A stretch of 59,958 bases of DNA from Legionellaceae bacterium (GTDB lineage: Bacteria; Pseudomonadota; Gammaproteobacteria; CBCSKA01), in NCBI GenBank assembly GCA_965140885.1, contig CBCSKA010000135.1:1-59958 (forward strand), written 5' to 3'. Below, in pieces: positions 39,578 through 51,060 of the stretch. Below the pieces are notes generated by a model, which saw nothing but the letters and a program-made list of their open reading frames with translations, did not search any database and was not told the DNA's origin. The position numbers were made by a program, and so were the translations under genes. Within the stretch, counting starts at the first letter, position 1; every line of letters begins with the position of its first letter.

Positions 39578-40474
39578 TTAAGATATATTTTGCCTTTTTA
39601 ACTCTTTTTGCTTCATTATATTGATACCGCTATCAACGAAAGCACCTAAAATTAAAAGCAATAGGGTATAAGGAAAAAATAAAATAAGCGTAATATAAAA
39701 ACCAGTCAGCCAAATAGTTTGTTTTTCCAAATTCAACGTTAGCCGATGAAATAAACTAATACCAGCAATCAAAAAAGGAATGATAAAAATAAAACTAAGA
39801 TTAGCTGCTACACCAATATTATAAGTCACTCCTATTAGGGTTATTAGTAATATAAAGCTTGCTACGGTATTTAAACGAATATGGTAAAATTCTCTTTTAA
39901 AGCCACCAGAATGATACAGTAACGACTGCATCCAGCGGGCAAAGAATAAACTAATAATATTGCTGGTTAAAATAAGTGCGCTATAAATTCCAGTCGCAAT
40001 ATCAGAAATATCATGAATTAATTTTTTCAATGTTGTTTCTGGTATTCCTAAATCCCAAGCCGCAATATTATATTTGCTGAACAAGTGGTTAAACTGTTGT
40101 TCCCACCAAGTAGGAAGCGCTGGATAAACTGTTAAACCAATGACAACAATAGCGGCTGTGCAAGCCGTTGTTATTTGTAAAACAGTTGACCATGAATAAT
40201 TTGAACGCAATAAACTAGCCATTCCCCAAAGGGTTAAACTACCGAGTAAAACATCATTAATAAAAGGAGCAGGTTTACCGAGGAATGCAAAAATAACCCA
40301 TGGTAAAGAAGTCCAAATAAGAATGATTAAGCCTTCAATATATCCCTTACGCAAAGTAACTAAAGCAATAATGCTTAAACTAAGCCAACCACATAAGGGT
40401 AAGAAAGCGCTCAATAAAGCGGCAAGAATCGCATTTTTGCGATCTCGGATAATATATTCAGCAAAAGCGCGCAT
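39578..40474 (-). CDS. Polytopic membrane protein (DUF2232/YybS-like position between rpsR and rplI)
   Basis: 298 aa with ~7 hydrophobic helices. Located inside the rpsF-rpsR-rplI cluster. Confidence 0.68.
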   Translation of the reverse strand: MRAFAEYIIRDRKNAILAALLSAFLPLCGWLSLSIIALVTLRKGYIEGLIILIWTSLPWVIFAFLGKPAPFINDVLLGSLTLWGMASLLRSNYSWSTVLQITTACTAAIVVIGLTVYPALPTWWEQQFNHLFSKYNIAAWDLGIPETTLKKLIHDISDIATGIYSALILTSNIISLFFARWMQSLLYHSGGFKREFYHIRLNTVASFILLITLIGVTYNIGVAANLSFIFIIPFLIAGISLFHRLTLNLEKQTIWLTGFYITLILFFPYTLLLLILGAFVDSGINIMKQKELKRQNIS

Positions 40475-40495
40475 TCTTATCCCAACGTAATTATA

Positions 40496-40723
40496 TTAGT
40501 GTTGATCACAATACGCTATTAAAGCTAAAAATCGTGCATATTTAATCGCTTTCGCTAATTGACGTTGATAGCGAGCTTTTGTACCTGTAATACGGCTAGG
40601 AACAATTTTGCCTGCTTCAGTAACAAACGCTTTTAAGGTAGTAAGATCTTTGTAATCAATTTCTGTTACGCCTTCAGCGGTAAAACGACAAAATTTACGA
40701 CGGCGAAAATTACGTGGTGCCAT
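40496..40723 (-). CDS. rpsR: 30S ribosomal protein S18
   Basis: 75 aa. [20 protein letters not shown] ... [13 protein letters not shown]. Confidence 0.96.
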   Translation of the reverse strand: MAPRNFRRRKFCRFTAEGVTEIDYKDLTTLKAFVTEAGKIVPSRITGTKARYQRQLAKAIKYARFLALIAYCDQH

Positions 40724-40811
40724 ATTTAAAATTCTCCAATTTAAGTATTTTTATTTTCATTGTTAAGTATAGATATCTTTACTTTTAATTTAATGAAAAT
40801 GAATGAGTTAA

Positions 40812-41198
40812 TTATTCAGCTTCTGTTTCTGAATACTGTTTTTCTTCTTGTGGTGCTACTTGTTCTTGAGTCCGTTCACTTTTTTGTTTTAAAAGAAGTG
40901 ACGCTTGTGTAATGGCTTGCTTACGATTTAAAACTAAATAACGTATTACAGCATCATTAAAATAGAATAAAGAAGTTAATTCATTTAAAGTGTCTTGCGC
41001 ACATTCAATATTCATTAAAAAATAATGTGCTTTGTGTGCATTATTAATAGGATAAGCAAGTTGACGACGTCCCCAATCTTCAAATCGATGGATAGTACCA
41101 CCACTCTCTTGAATCATACTGGTATAACGTTGTGTCATTGTAGATACTTGATCACTTTGATCAGGATGAATGAGAAATACAATTTCATAATGCCGCAT
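40812..41198 (-). CDS. rpsF: 30S ribosomal protein S6
   Basis: 128 aa. [18 protein letters not shown], acidic C-terminal tail. Confidence 0.96.
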   Translation of the reverse strand: MRHYEIVFLIHPDQSDQVSTMTQRYTSMIQESGGTIHRFEDWGRRQLAYPINNAHKAHYFLMNIECAQDTLNELTSLFYFNDAVIRYLVLNRKQAITQASLLLKQKSERTQEQVAPQEEKQYSETEAE

Positions 41199-41487
41199 AA
41201 ATGCTCCTTATGGATGAATGAAAAACAGCCTTCCTCAAAACTAGGTAGGTAAGGCAAGGAGACTTTGCTTTTAATAGAAATACTTATTTTTTTAAAATGA
41301 ATATAAATATATCTATAGCCAGTGAATAAAATGATCACTATTGTTTAAGCAAAGTGTAGCCGAGTATTTTAAAGGACTCTAAGATTAAAGTAAATAAAAT
41401 TGCTTAGTTTTAGGTAAAATGTATTCTATATCAAAGTATTACATACAAGGTGTAATACAAGAAGTAAATAGTTTTAGCAAAATAAGC

Positions 41488-42567
41488 TTAATTTGCATTA
41501 TTATCAATCATCGTCAATGTTTTATTTTTAGGCCATGCTCGTAAAATGGCTTTTACTAAACTAGCCAGTGGTATCGCAAAAAATACTCCCCAAAATCCCC
41601 ATATACCGCCAAAAAATAAAACAGCAATAATAATAGCCACAGGGTGTAATTTAACGATTTCTGAAAATAAGAGAGGGACTAAAATATTAGCATCTACAGT
41701 AATAATTAATGTATACGCAATAATAAAATAAGCAAAATACGCACTCCAACCCCATTGAACTCCAGCAATAATTATAATAGGGATAGTGACTATAACGGCT
41801 CCAATATAAGGAATAATGACAGATAAACCGACTAATGTGGATAAAAGTGCGGCATAATGTAAACCCATTAGTGCAAAAGTAATATAGCAAACAATGCCAA
41901 CAATTAATACTTCAAGTACTTTTCCACCAATATAATTTCCAATTTGTTCATGCACTTCTTTCCAAACGTCTTTTAATAAACGTCTGTTTTGGGGTAAATA
42001 AGATAAACACCAATTCATAATTAAATCTTTATCTACCAGGAAAAAATAAACTAATAAAGGAACTAAAACCAGGTAAATACATGTCATGATAAAACCAGGA
42101 ATAGAGGAAATCGATAAGGATAAAATGACTTGCCCTATACGTGTTAATTCTAATTTAGCTTCATCCATCAAGTGTTGTAATTGTTCTGTAGATATAAATG
42201 TGGGATATTTTTCAGGTAAATCTACAAGCAAGTTTTGCCAGCGAGTAATATTTGTGGGTAAATCATTTAAAAAACTACTTAATTGCCGCCAAAGCGCAGG
42301 TAATATTCCCAAAATACCAAAAATGACTAAACTAATAAAACTAATATAAGTAATAAAAATAGCGATACGTCGAGGTACTTTATATTTTTGCAATGAAACG
42401 ACAAGCCACTGTAATAAATAAGCAATAACAATACTAGCAAAAACGGGAGCAAAAATATTGCCCAGTAACATAGCAATAACAATACTACTGCCAAGAATTA
42501 AAACAAAAAAAATTGCTTCAGGATCACTAAAATACATGCGATACCAATTCGATAATATTTTAAACAT
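41488..42567 (-). CDS. AI-2E family transporter (PerM/YhhT-like)
   Basis: 359 aa, ~8 TM. C-terminal FGGIWGFWGVFFAIPLAS pattern is typical of the family. Confidence 0.83.
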   Translation of the reverse strand: MFKILSNWYRMYFSDPEAIFFVLILGSSIVIAMLLGNIFAPVFASIVIAYLLQWLVVSLQKYKVPRRIAIFITYISFISLVIFGILGILPALWRQLSSFLNDLPTNITRWQNLLVDLPEKYPTFISTEQLQHLMDEAKLELTRIGQVILSLSISSIPGFIMTCIYLVLVPLLVYFFLVDKDLIMNWCLSYLPQNRRLLKDVWKEVHEQIGNYIGGKVLEVLIVGIVCYITFALMGLHYAALLSTLVGLSVIIPYIGAVIVTIPIIIIAGVQWGWSAYFAYFIIAYTLIITVDANILVPLLFSEIVKLHPVAIIIAVLFFGGIWGFWGVFFAIPLASLVKAILRAWPKNKTLTMIDNNAN

Positions 42568-42579
42568 GTGAGTGATTCC

Positions 42580-45500
42580 CTATTGAGGTATGGTAGGTCC
42601 TATTGGATAAGATTTAATATGGATATCTTGTTCTGGATGTGGGGCGATTTTTATTCCCAAATTTTTACAGCAATCCCAAATAGCAAATAATATTTTTGAA
42701 CGCATTTCTGCGCGAGAAATAGTCACTTTTAAATTGATATAATAACGGGCTTCAAAGTCTAAAAAACCTTCATTGATTTCTCTAAAAAAAACTTCAGGTG
42801 CTGGATTTGAAACCACGCCAGGTATTTCTTTAATAATCTTAACTATTCCATCTTGAACGATGTGAGGATTATCATTAGGCGATATTCGTAATGTGATCAC
42901 ACCTCTAACGATATGATGACATAATGTCCAATTGACGAATGTTTTACTAAAGGCTTCTGAATTTGGTACCACGGCTTCTGTTAAATCACCCGTATAAACG
43001 GTAATAGAACGCATTCCAATATGTGTGACTTCACCTTCATAATTTCCAATAGTCACTAAATCCCCTTTGCGTAAAGGTCGTTCTATTAATAAAAGAATAC
43101 CACACGCAAAATTATTGGCTAAATCTCGTAAACCCAAACCTACACCAAACGCAAAGGCACCCGCTACAGCGGTTAGTGCAAATAAATTAATTCCAATAAT
43201 TTTCAAACAAACCAGTATACCAATACTGACTAAGGTATATTGTGTAAAGATGGCGGAACTATTACGCAAACCAATATCTTTGATATGTGCAAATAACCAA
43301 CGGTGAGCAAATTCAGGTGTCCATTTCGCTAACCAAATAATTATGCTTAATACAATGAATAATTCTAATAGTGTTAACAAATTAATATCGCCACCGGCAA
43401 GAGAAAATAATTTTGCGCGTAGTATTTCATTAAATTTTATAACAATAAAAGAATATTGATTTAAATCACAGAGTAAGAAAAAAAGATACGTGGTGAAAAT
43501 GAAAACCGCAATTTTTACAATTTTATCTAAGGGTTTTAAAAAAGCTTCACTCCATAACCAACCATTTCGTGAATTACGTATTAAGGCTTTGGATATCCGA
43601 ATAATGATTTCACGTAATGTCCCTTTAATGATTAAATAAAATATTAATAATAATAAAAATTTACCGGCATAATGAAAAATAGTCCAAGCTAATTCAATAT
43701 AACCAATTAAACCCACAATCGCTGTTGTAGAAAGAATAATGGGAAATAAAATATTTAATAAACGGATAATTTTTTTAAAATATTGTGGAACATTTTGTGT
43801 GTAAGGTTTCAGTAAATGGGTGACAATATACTTTCCTTTAAAAAGAACGATAGAAATAATTAATAAGAAAAGCATAAATAAGCGGTTAAAACTATCTTCA
43901 ACTTCATACGAGATAGGTAATTGGCGGGCTAATACAATAAAGCTGGTTAATATCCCCCCTAAAATGACAAATCGTTTTAATCGTTGGTAAAATTTAATAT
44001 TGCGCTTAGTCGCGTTTTCTATATTTTCAAAAATAGAAATTTTAATGATTTCATTTAATCCATTAAAGCTAAACCATACAATAGCCAAATAAAAAAACAC
44101 CATGAAAATTTTATTTGAAACATGGCTAGCATAAAATAAAATAGTTAAACCTGTACCAAAAGTGATACCTATAAAATTTCGGCGTATTAATTCTAAAATA
44201 ACATAAATAGTATTTGCACTTGAACCATGAACATCATCATGATAGTAAGTCACTAATTTTTTTAAACGTGGAAAAAACCAAGCCATTACAGATAGCCACA
44301 TTATTTCTAATAAAAGCCAGCCACATAAATAAGGCATTTTTAATTCTTTAATCCCTGACCATAATTGATGCACTGTCGCTTTTAATGTTTGCAAAATAAC
44401 GGTGGGAAATTGACCTATTTTTTGTCCTAAAATTAACCATTCTTGCAAATTGAGGCCAGGTAATACTTGACGTTTAGCCAAAGCCCGACGTAATTTTTTA
44501 TTGATAATCTTTTTATAGGATTCAGCTTGCTTTGATAAATTATCAATAAGCGTTTTTCGCTTTTCATAATTATATAAAAGATTTTGTAATATTTTTAAAT
44601 TAGCATTTAATTCTTTCGTATTAATGATGCCATTTTCTTTACCTTTTGAGCCAATTTGTTGATGTTGTTGTATTAATATAATTTTGCCTTGGATTAATTC
44701 ACTCGCTTTACGTAAACTTTCACTAATAGATTCAATTTCAGTTTCTGCAGTATTCCAATCGGTTATTGAGTGATCATGTTGAATAAGGATATTAATACTT
44801 TCTAATTGGTTAGCCAGGCGAGCAGAAACTAATTCAAGATGATTTAAATTTGTTTTTTCTTCTGTGTCTAATATTTTTACCGTTAAGTTAGAATAAGCGG
44901 GAGTATCTGTTAAACCTTGTTCTTCTAACACTTTTAATTGTTGATTAAGTATCGCTAATTTCTTTAAGGATTTTTGCTGCATCGCTTGTAGTGATAAAGC
45001 GAGTTGTTCTAGAGATAATTTGCGTTTTTCATTTTGATACGTTTGATATAATAATTGAAGACGATTTCGCCATTCTTGTAGGATTTCCAATTCTTGTTTA
45101 ATCCTATTTTGCATGGAGTAAAGATTTTTAATTCGCGTTTGTTGTATTTTAAATAAGGCGCGTTCTTGATTAAGACTTTTTTGAATTTCAAGCGCTTGCG
45201 ATTTATTACTACTGTTATTTGCAATATTGATATCTTGTAATTGATTTTCTAAATCAAGTATGTTTCGTTTTAAATAATCAATACTTTGTTCAATATCATC
45301 TAATGTTAAGGTGATAGCATTTAAATCAGCTTGGGCTATAGCAATATCCAGATCAGCCCGATTTAAAACCGTTTGTTCAATATTTTTTGCATGTAGCGTT
45401 TGTATTTGTTGCTGTTTTTTTAATATTAATTCTTGTAAACGATTTTTAGCTATATTATCTCGTTCACGTTCAACAAGTAATTGTTGAATGGCACTATTAA

Positions 45501-45612
45501 TTGTTAACGTATGAGGAAGAGCTGAATCAAAGGTAGATTCAGCTTTCGCGGATGGAAATAACAAAATAGAGAAAATGAATAAACAAAGAGTAAAAAAAAA
45601 TTTTTTTATCAT
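42580..45612 (-). CDS. Large mechanosensitive channel (MscK/KefA-like)
   Basis: 1010 aa. Signal peptide, ~400-aa Q/L/E-rich coiled-coil region, ~11 TM, and a C-terminal MscS core (GDLVTIGNYEGEVTHIGMRSITV). Confidence 0.85.
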   Translation of the reverse strand: MIKKFFFTLCLFIFSILLFPSAKAESTFDSALPHTLTINSAIQQLLVERERDNIAKNRLQELILKKQQQIQTLHAKNIEQTVLNRADLDIAIAQADLNAITLTLDDIEQSIDYLKRNILDLENQLQDINIANNSSNKSQALEIQKSLNQERALFKIQQTRIKNLYSMQNRIKQELEILQEWRNRLQLLYQTYQNEKRKLSLEQLALSLQAMQQKSLKKLAILNQQLKVLEEQGLTDTPAYSNLTVKILDTEEKTNLNHLELVSARLANQLESINILIQHDHSITDWNTAETEIESISESLRKASELIQGKIILIQQHQQIGSKGKENGIINTKELNANLKILQNLLYNYEKRKTLIDNLSKQAESYKKIINKKLRRALAKRQVLPGLNLQEWLILGQKIGQFPTVILQTLKATVHQLWSGIKELKMPYLCGWLLLEIMWLSVMAWFFPRLKKLVTYYHDDVHGSSANTIYVILELIRRNFIGITFGTGLTILFYASHVSNKIFMVFFYLAIVWFSFNGLNEIIKISIFENIENATKRNIKFYQRLKRFVILGGILTSFIVLARQLPISYEVEDSFNRLFMLFLLIISIVLFKGKYIVTHLLKPYTQNVPQYFKKIIRLLNILFPIILSTTAIVGLIGYIELAWTIFHYAGKFLLLLIFYLIIKGTLREIIIRISKALIRNSRNGWLWSEAFLKPLDKIVKIAVFIFTTYLFFLLCDLNQYSFIVIKFNEILRAKLFSLAGGDINLLTLLELFIVLSIIIWLAKWTPEFAHRWLFAHIKDIGLRNSSAIFTQYTLVSIGILVCLKIIGINLFALTAVAGAFAFGVGLGLRDLANNFACGILLLIERPLRKGDLVTIGNYEGEVTHIGMRSITVYTGDLTEAVVPNSEAFSKTFVNWTLCHHIVRGVITLRISPNDNPHIVQDGIVKIIKEIPGVVSNPAPEVFFREINEGFLDFEARYYINLKVTISRAEMRSKILFAIWDCCKNLGIKIAPHPEQDIHIKSYPIGPTIPQ

Positions 45613-45615
45613 AAT

Positions 45616-46932
45616 TTATTTAGTTGTTCTCCATTGCATCCAAACATAAACAGGAACGCCACTAAAAAATAAAAGGCTACCATAAAAAACAATTTTTTCA
45701 CCTGAGCCTACAATAGCCCAAAAAGAATATATTGTAGCTAAAATAGCAATAATCGTTGAGCCTAAAAAGCGTTTTGTATTAAATTCTTGTCGCATTTTAA
45801 TAAAAATCATTAATTCTGCTAATGCGGTAAAGAAATAAGGGATTAATGATGATAGTGTTGCTAATAAAATAATTAATGTAAATTGTTCGATTAAACTTGA
45901 ATTTACCGTTAGTAATAATAATATAGAAATAATTATTGCAGAAACCGTTATCCCATTAACAGGAGTTCCAAAGCGAGTTGATTCTTTAGCAAAAAATTTG
46001 GGAAATAATCCATCTCGTGCTGCAGCCATTGGGATTTGTCCTTGTAATAACGTCCAGCCATTAAGAGCACCGATACAAGAAATCAACGCACCAATAGCAA
46101 TAAATAATCCTCCTGCTTTACCAAAAATTAAGGTCGCTGCTTCAGCATAAGGAGCATTACTATGCACTAATTGAGAAGGTTTAATTAACCCCATGATAGC
46201 TGTTGTGCTCAAAATATAAATGATAGCAGCAATACTCGTACCTAAAATAGTTGCTTTAGCGATATCTCGTGGATTTTTTGCTTCTTCAGCGGGAACAGTC
46301 GCAGACTCTAAACCAATAAAAGACCATAAAGTCAGGGTTGCGGCTCCAGTAAATGCCGTAAAATTTGATTGGCCAGTCAGATTAAATTCAGTAAAGTGAT
46401 GAGGATTTAGGTAGCATAAACCAATCGTTGAAATTAATAATAAGGGTAATAATTTTAAAATAGTGGTGATTAATTGAAAGTTACCCACATTTCGTATCCC
46501 TAAAATATTAATCAATGCCATAATCCAGACAAAAGCTATTTTAACGAAAAATGATAATAATACATTGGTATGTAAAGCAGGCCAAAAGGGTTCTAAGTAA
46601 CCGACTAAAGCAACGACAATAGCGGCATTGCCCACACATAGCGCAATCCAATAATTATAAGCGACTTGAAATCCAATAAAATCACCAAAACCTGCGCGGC
46701 AATAGGCATAGGGGCCCCCGGTTTTGGGAATTAAAATACTCAGTTTTGCAAAAACTAGAGCAATGAATATGGCGCCAATACCCGTAAATATCCAAGATAA
46801 AATACTAATACTTCCATAATGAGCTAAGGAAGCAGGTAATAAGAATATACCTGAACCTATTATATTTCCCGCAACAAGCGCGGTAAGCATCCATAAACCT
46901 AAGCCACCCTTGTTTTTGGCTGTTAATGTCAT
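45616..46932 (-). CDS. APC-superfamily amino acid/polyamine permease
   Basis: The ORF opens at 46962. The ATG at 46932 follows aggag. 12 TM, N-terminal GNIIGSGIFLLP motif. Confidence 0.85.
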   Translation of the reverse strand: MTLTAKNKGGLGLWMLTALVAGNIIGSGIFLLPASLAHYGSISILSWIFTGIGAIFIALVFAKLSILIPKTGGPYAYCRAGFGDFIGFQVAYNYWIALCVGNAAIVVALVGYLEPFWPALHTNVLLSFFVKIAFVWIMALINILGIRNVGNFQLITTILKLLPLLLISTIGLCYLNPHHFTEFNLTGQSNFTAFTGAATLTLWSFIGLESATVPAEEAKNPRDIAKATILGTSIAAIIYILSTTAIMGLIKPSQLVHSNAPYAEAATLIFGKAGGLFIAIGALISCIGALNGWTLLQGQIPMAAARDGLFPKFFAKESTRFGTPVNGITVSAIIISILLLLTVNSSLIEQFTLIILLATLSSLIPYFFTALAELMIFIKMRQEFNTKRFLGSTIIAILATIYSFWAIVGSGEKIVFYGSLLFFSGVPVYVWMQWRTTK

Positions 46933-47597
46933 TATTAATACTCCTAAATCAAACTTTTTCAAAAATTAAAATTTTGATACCTGTCATGAAAAACTAATTT
47001 GATAGCAATTCAGTGAAAATATTTTTTTGTAAATACGGTACTCATTAGGTTAATTAGCCTAAACAATAGGCATTATAAAAATAAGTGACTCAATTTCATG
47101 GCTATTGCTATGAGCAACATAATATCTACGCTTGTCAGAGCTTATTATAGAAAAAGTAATAATAAGGCAAGTGTGACTTACAATGTGTCTATATACACGA
47201 AAAATGTGTATATCCAGCCATGACGTTATTGAGTGACAAGTTTTATAAAAAAGTCATTCTCCTCAAAAAGAATATTTTTGATTATGCTAGCAAATACTGC
47301 AAATAAATAATAAATATTTTAAAGTTCGCAAGATACCAAAAAAGTGTAAGGTAGGATATAGGGATAAGCTATTTAATCAGTAACTCTTTGCTTAAACGTT
47401 ACTTAATAGTGTTATGGTCTCGATTAAGTTAAATAAAAAAGCATAAAATTATTGATAAAAAGAAAGTTGTATCGCAGGAAATAAATTTTGTGTGATTGAT
47501 AGATAAATCAATTTAAAAATACGTTAAACAAGAATATTTAACAAATATGATTTTCAAAGAACAAGGGAATTTTAGAAGTTAAAAAGACGTTTTTTAA

Positions 47598-47631
47598 TAA
47601 AAGCCGTGCTAAATATAAAAGCACGGTTTTT
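47598..47631 (-). terminator. Rho-independent terminator after mip
   Basis: Minus strand reads aaaaaccgtgc-ttttatattt-agcacggctttt and then a T-rich tail. About 23 nt after the mip stop. Confidence 0.8.
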
Positions 47632-47653
47632 ATATTTACATTATTGATTACTA

Positions 47654-48418
47654 TTATTTATGTTGAATAGCGGATTTAGCATTGGCATTACTAATTCCAT
47701 TGAGTTTAATAGTAAAAATGAGTGTTTGATTAGGGCCAATAGGGCTTCCAGGAATAGTGATACCCGTTGCACCATAGGCAAGATTGGGGGGTACAACAAT
47801 TTCCCACTCAGAACCCACTTTCATCATTTTAAGTGCTTCTTTCCAACCTGAAATAACATCAGATAATTTTACAACGGCAGGTTTACCATTTTTATAAGAA
47901 CTTTCAAAAATATCACCATTTAATAATTTACCTTGATAATCCACGATAACTTCATCATTGTCGGTTGGGATTACGCCAGTTCCTTCCTTTATTATGTGAT
48001 ATTGAAGGCCATTAACTGTTGTTTTTACCGCTGGTTTTACTTTATTTGCATTTAAATAGGCTTCACCTGCTTGTTTATTTTTTTGTGCTATTTGTTTGAA
48101 TTCAATTTCTTTTTTCGCGATTAATTCTTTTTGTACTTTTTGAATAACTTCTTGGCGTTGTGCTTCTGTTAATACAGAAGAGGCATTATTTAATGCATCT
48201 TTTAATCCTTGTGACATAATCGATGTATTGAAAGCAAAACCTGTTTTTTTCAGTTTATCTCCGATATCCCATCCGATAGCATAACTAAATTTATCATTAT
48301 CGGTGGTTAATGAAATGGGCTTATTTTGAGGTGTTTGTGGTGCTGGAGTATTTGCTGACATAAGTGATGAACTGAATAAACTTGTTGCAATAACGGTTAT
48401 GAGTAATCGTAACTTCAT
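47654..48418 (-). CDS. mip: FKBP-type peptidyl-prolyl isomerase Mip (macrophage infectivity potentiator-like)
   Basis: 254 aa. Signal peptide, long dimerisation helix, C-terminal FKBP domain (VIVDYQGKLLNGDIFESS ... VISGWKEAL ... LAYG ... IGPNQTLIFTIKL). Confidence 0.9.
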   Translation of the reverse strand: MKLRLLITVIATSLFSSSLMSANTPAPQTPQNKPISLTTDNDKFSYAIGWDIGDKLKKTGFAFNTSIMSQGLKDALNNASSVLTEAQRQEVIQKVQKELIAKKEIEFKQIAQKNKQAGEAYLNANKVKPAVKTTVNGLQYHIIKEGTGVIPTDNDEVIVDYQGKLLNGDIFESSYKNGKPAVVKLSDVISGWKEALKMMKVGSEWEIVVPPNLAYGATGITIPGSPIGPNQTLIFTIKLNGISNANAKSAIQHK

Positions 48419-48731
48419 GGTAACTCCTGTTAAGTTATAAATGATATAAATGAGTTATTCCTTATACGGAATAAGTGATGATAGAGTATCTTTTTACAAG
48501 CAACAATCTTTATTAAAAAAAATTCTCACCTAAGCTAAATTTTTGGTGATAGATAACTTTTTTTTCTTACTGAAGTTAATGAATGTTTTGCTGATACCGT
48601 ATTTATACTTTATCAGTAAACAATAAAAACTATTTGCAACATAATTAAATATTATTCATAACGGCTTTTTTCAGGCATAATAAGATACCTATTTTTACAA
48701 TAATAAATAGGAAATAAAAGAGGGTATTAAC

Positions 48732-50096
48732 GTGGCAATTAGCATTTTTGATTTATTTTCAATTGGTATCGGCCCATCAAGTTCACATACCGTGGGTCCA
48801 ATGAAAGCGGCTTATAAATTTATTCAAAGCATGAATCAACTGGCTGACGTTTATCAAATTAAAATAGAATTATTTGGTTCATTAGCATTAACTGGGAAAG
48901 GACATGGTACGGATATCGCCATTTTAAATGGTTTAGAAAATAAATTACCTCACTTAGTTGATCCTGATACAGTAAGAAGTAGAGCCGAAGCCATTATCGC
49001 CAACCAAACGTTATTAGTAGCCAATCAATATCCCATCCCATTTATTCCTGAAAAGCATTTAATCTTTCATTATCAAGAATTATTACCTTTACATACGAAT
49101 GGAATGCGATTTTCGGCTTATGATAAAAAAGAAGAATGTATCAAACAAGCGATTTATTATTCCATCGGTGGTGGTTTCATTATTACCGAAGATGAAAATA
49201 AGCAAGTTACTTCAAATATAGCGCTTCTATATCCATTTAAAACAGCGAAAGAATTATGGCAACATTGTCATAATAACCAATTAAAAATTAAAGATGTCAT
49301 GTTAGCCAATGAATTAATATGGCGTAGCGAAGAAGAGATACGAACACATTTACTTCAAATAGCCGATATAATGCAGAATTGCATTGAAAAAGGCTGCCAT
49401 ACAGAAGGGATATTACCGGGTGGTTTAAATGTTAAACGCCGTGCTTCCCCCTTGTATAAAAAACTACAATCAAAAGATTTACCAAAAAAAACATCTTTTC
49501 CAGAATTATCATTATGGCCTACGGTTTATGCAATGGCCGTCAATGAAGAAAATGCCGCAGGAGGGCGTATTGTTACGGCGCCAACGAATGGTGCAGCAGG
49601 AATTATACCTGCGGTATTAACTTGCTATCGTCGTTTTTTTGAAAGCGCAAGTGAAGATGGCATTATTGAATTTTTGTTAACGGCGGGCGCTATAGCGATT
49701 CTTTATAAAACCAGTGCATCTATTTCTGGGGCTGAAGTGGGTTGTCAAGGTGAAGTGGGCGTTGCGTGTTCTATGGCAGCGGGTGCGCTGACAGCCGTTT
49801 TAGGTGGTACTTTGAAACAAATTGAAAATGCTGCAGAAATGGCAATGGAACATCACTTGGGGATGACGTGTGACCCTGTCGCAGGTTTAGTGCAAATACC
49901 TTGTATTGAGCGTAATGGTGTTGCTGCCGAGAAAGCCATTCGGCTTTCTCAATTAGCATTACTTGAAACAGGGGAAGATAAAAAAATTTCCCTCGATAAA
50001 GTTATTTTGACTATGCTGCAAACCGGAAAAGATATGAAGAGTATCTATAAAGAAACCTCTTTGGGTGGTTTGGCTGCCAATATTGCGGGATGTTAA
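48732..50096 (+). CDS. sdaA: L-serine ammonia-lyase (Fe-S, single-chain)
   Basis: 454 aa, GTG start. [22 protein letters not shown]-terminus and Cys-containing C-terminal domain. Confidence 0.93.
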   Translation: MAISIFDLFSIGIGPSSSHTVGPMKAAYKFIQSMNQLADVYQIKIELFGSLALTGKGHGTDIAILNGLENKLPHLVDPDTVRSRAEAIIANQTLLVANQYPIPFIPEKHLIFHYQELLPLHTNGMRFSAYDKKEECIKQAIYYSIGGGFIITEDENKQVTSNIALLYPFKTAKELWQHCHNNQLKIKDVMLANELIWRSEEEIRTHLLQIADIMQNCIEKGCHTEGILPGGLNVKRRASPLYKKLQSKDLPKKTSFPELSLWPTVYAMAVNEENAAGGRIVTAPTNGAAGIIPAVLTCYRRFFESASEDGIIEFLLTAGAIAILYKTSASISGAEVGCQGEVGVACSMAAGALTAVLGGTLKQIENAAEMAMEHHLGMTCDPVAGLVQIPCIERNGVAAEKAIRLSQLALLETGEDKKISLDKVILTMLQTGKDMKSIYKETSLGGLAANIAGC

Positions 50097-50854
50097 CTTT
50101 TTTCAATCATTAGTTTTTTCTTTGCACGTCTTAATTTTTGGCGGCTTATTACTGTGTAAAAAATGCCAGATATTCCATAAAAGAAAAAGAGTAAAAATAA
50201 GACTTCAGGTGGATCAATGGATATCGCAACGAAAATTAAAATCACAATTAAAATAGCAATAAAAGGGACTTTATTTTTTAAATTAAAATCTTTGAAGCTG
50301 TAATAACGAATAGTACTAACCATTAAACCTGCCACAATAACAGTGAAACAAGCAATAATGCTATTAGCAAAAATACTCGGCGTTGTGCCATATTGATGTC
50401 CAACCCATACAAAACCACTAATGATGGCAGCAGCAGCAGGAATCGGTAAACCTTGGAAGTAATTTTTATCGGCAATTCCTACTTGCGTATTAAATCGAGC
50501 AAGACGTAAAGCACCTGCAGCCGTATAAAGAAAAACGGCTAACCAACCAAATTTTCCTAAATGATATAAAGTCCAATTATACATAATTAAAGCGGGGGCA
50601 ATACCAAAACTCACTATATCAGATAAACTATCGTATTCTGCACCGAATGCGGTTTGAGTATTTGTTAATCGGGCAACACGGCCATCTAAAGAATCAGCAA
50701 TCATAGCAATGAATACAGCGATAGCAGCAATATCAAACATTCCTTTCATGGCGGCAACAATGGCATAAAAACCGGCAAATAATCCTGCTGTTGTAAAAAG
50801 ATTGGGTAGTAAATAAATACCCCGCCGATTTTCTTTTATTGATTCATCTTTCAT
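50093..50854 (-). CDS. pssA: CDP-diacylglycerol--serine O-phosphatidyltransferase
   Basis: The ORF opens at TTG 50869. The ATG at 50854 follows tggag. CDP-alcohol motif [23 protein letters not shown]. Confidence 0.88.
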   Translation of the reverse strand: MKDESIKENRRGIYLLPNLFTTAGLFAGFYAIVAAMKGMFDIAAIAVFIAMIADSLDGRVARLTNTQTAFGAEYDSLSDIVSFGIAPALIMYNWTLYHLGKFGWLAVFLYTAAGALRLARFNTQVGIADKNYFQGLPIPAAAAIISGFVWVGHQYGTTPSIFANSIIACFTVIVAGLMVSTIRYYSFKDFNLKNKVPFIAILIVILIFVAISIDPPEVLFLLFFFYGISGIFYTVISRQKLRRAKKKLMIEKS

Positions 50855-51060
50855 TATTACTCCATTCAAATTTTTAAACTGAAAAGAATTATCCTTATAA
50901 ATGGGTTAAAAGTAAAATATTTGCTGAAATTTCCACTAAATTAGTGAATGTATCTCTTCAAATTTATGAAAATAGTTTATGATAGATTAAATAAATCTTT
51001 TTTCGATTAACCCAATGCTATCTATAAATATCGATAGGTGAAATAGTTTGAGAAATATGT

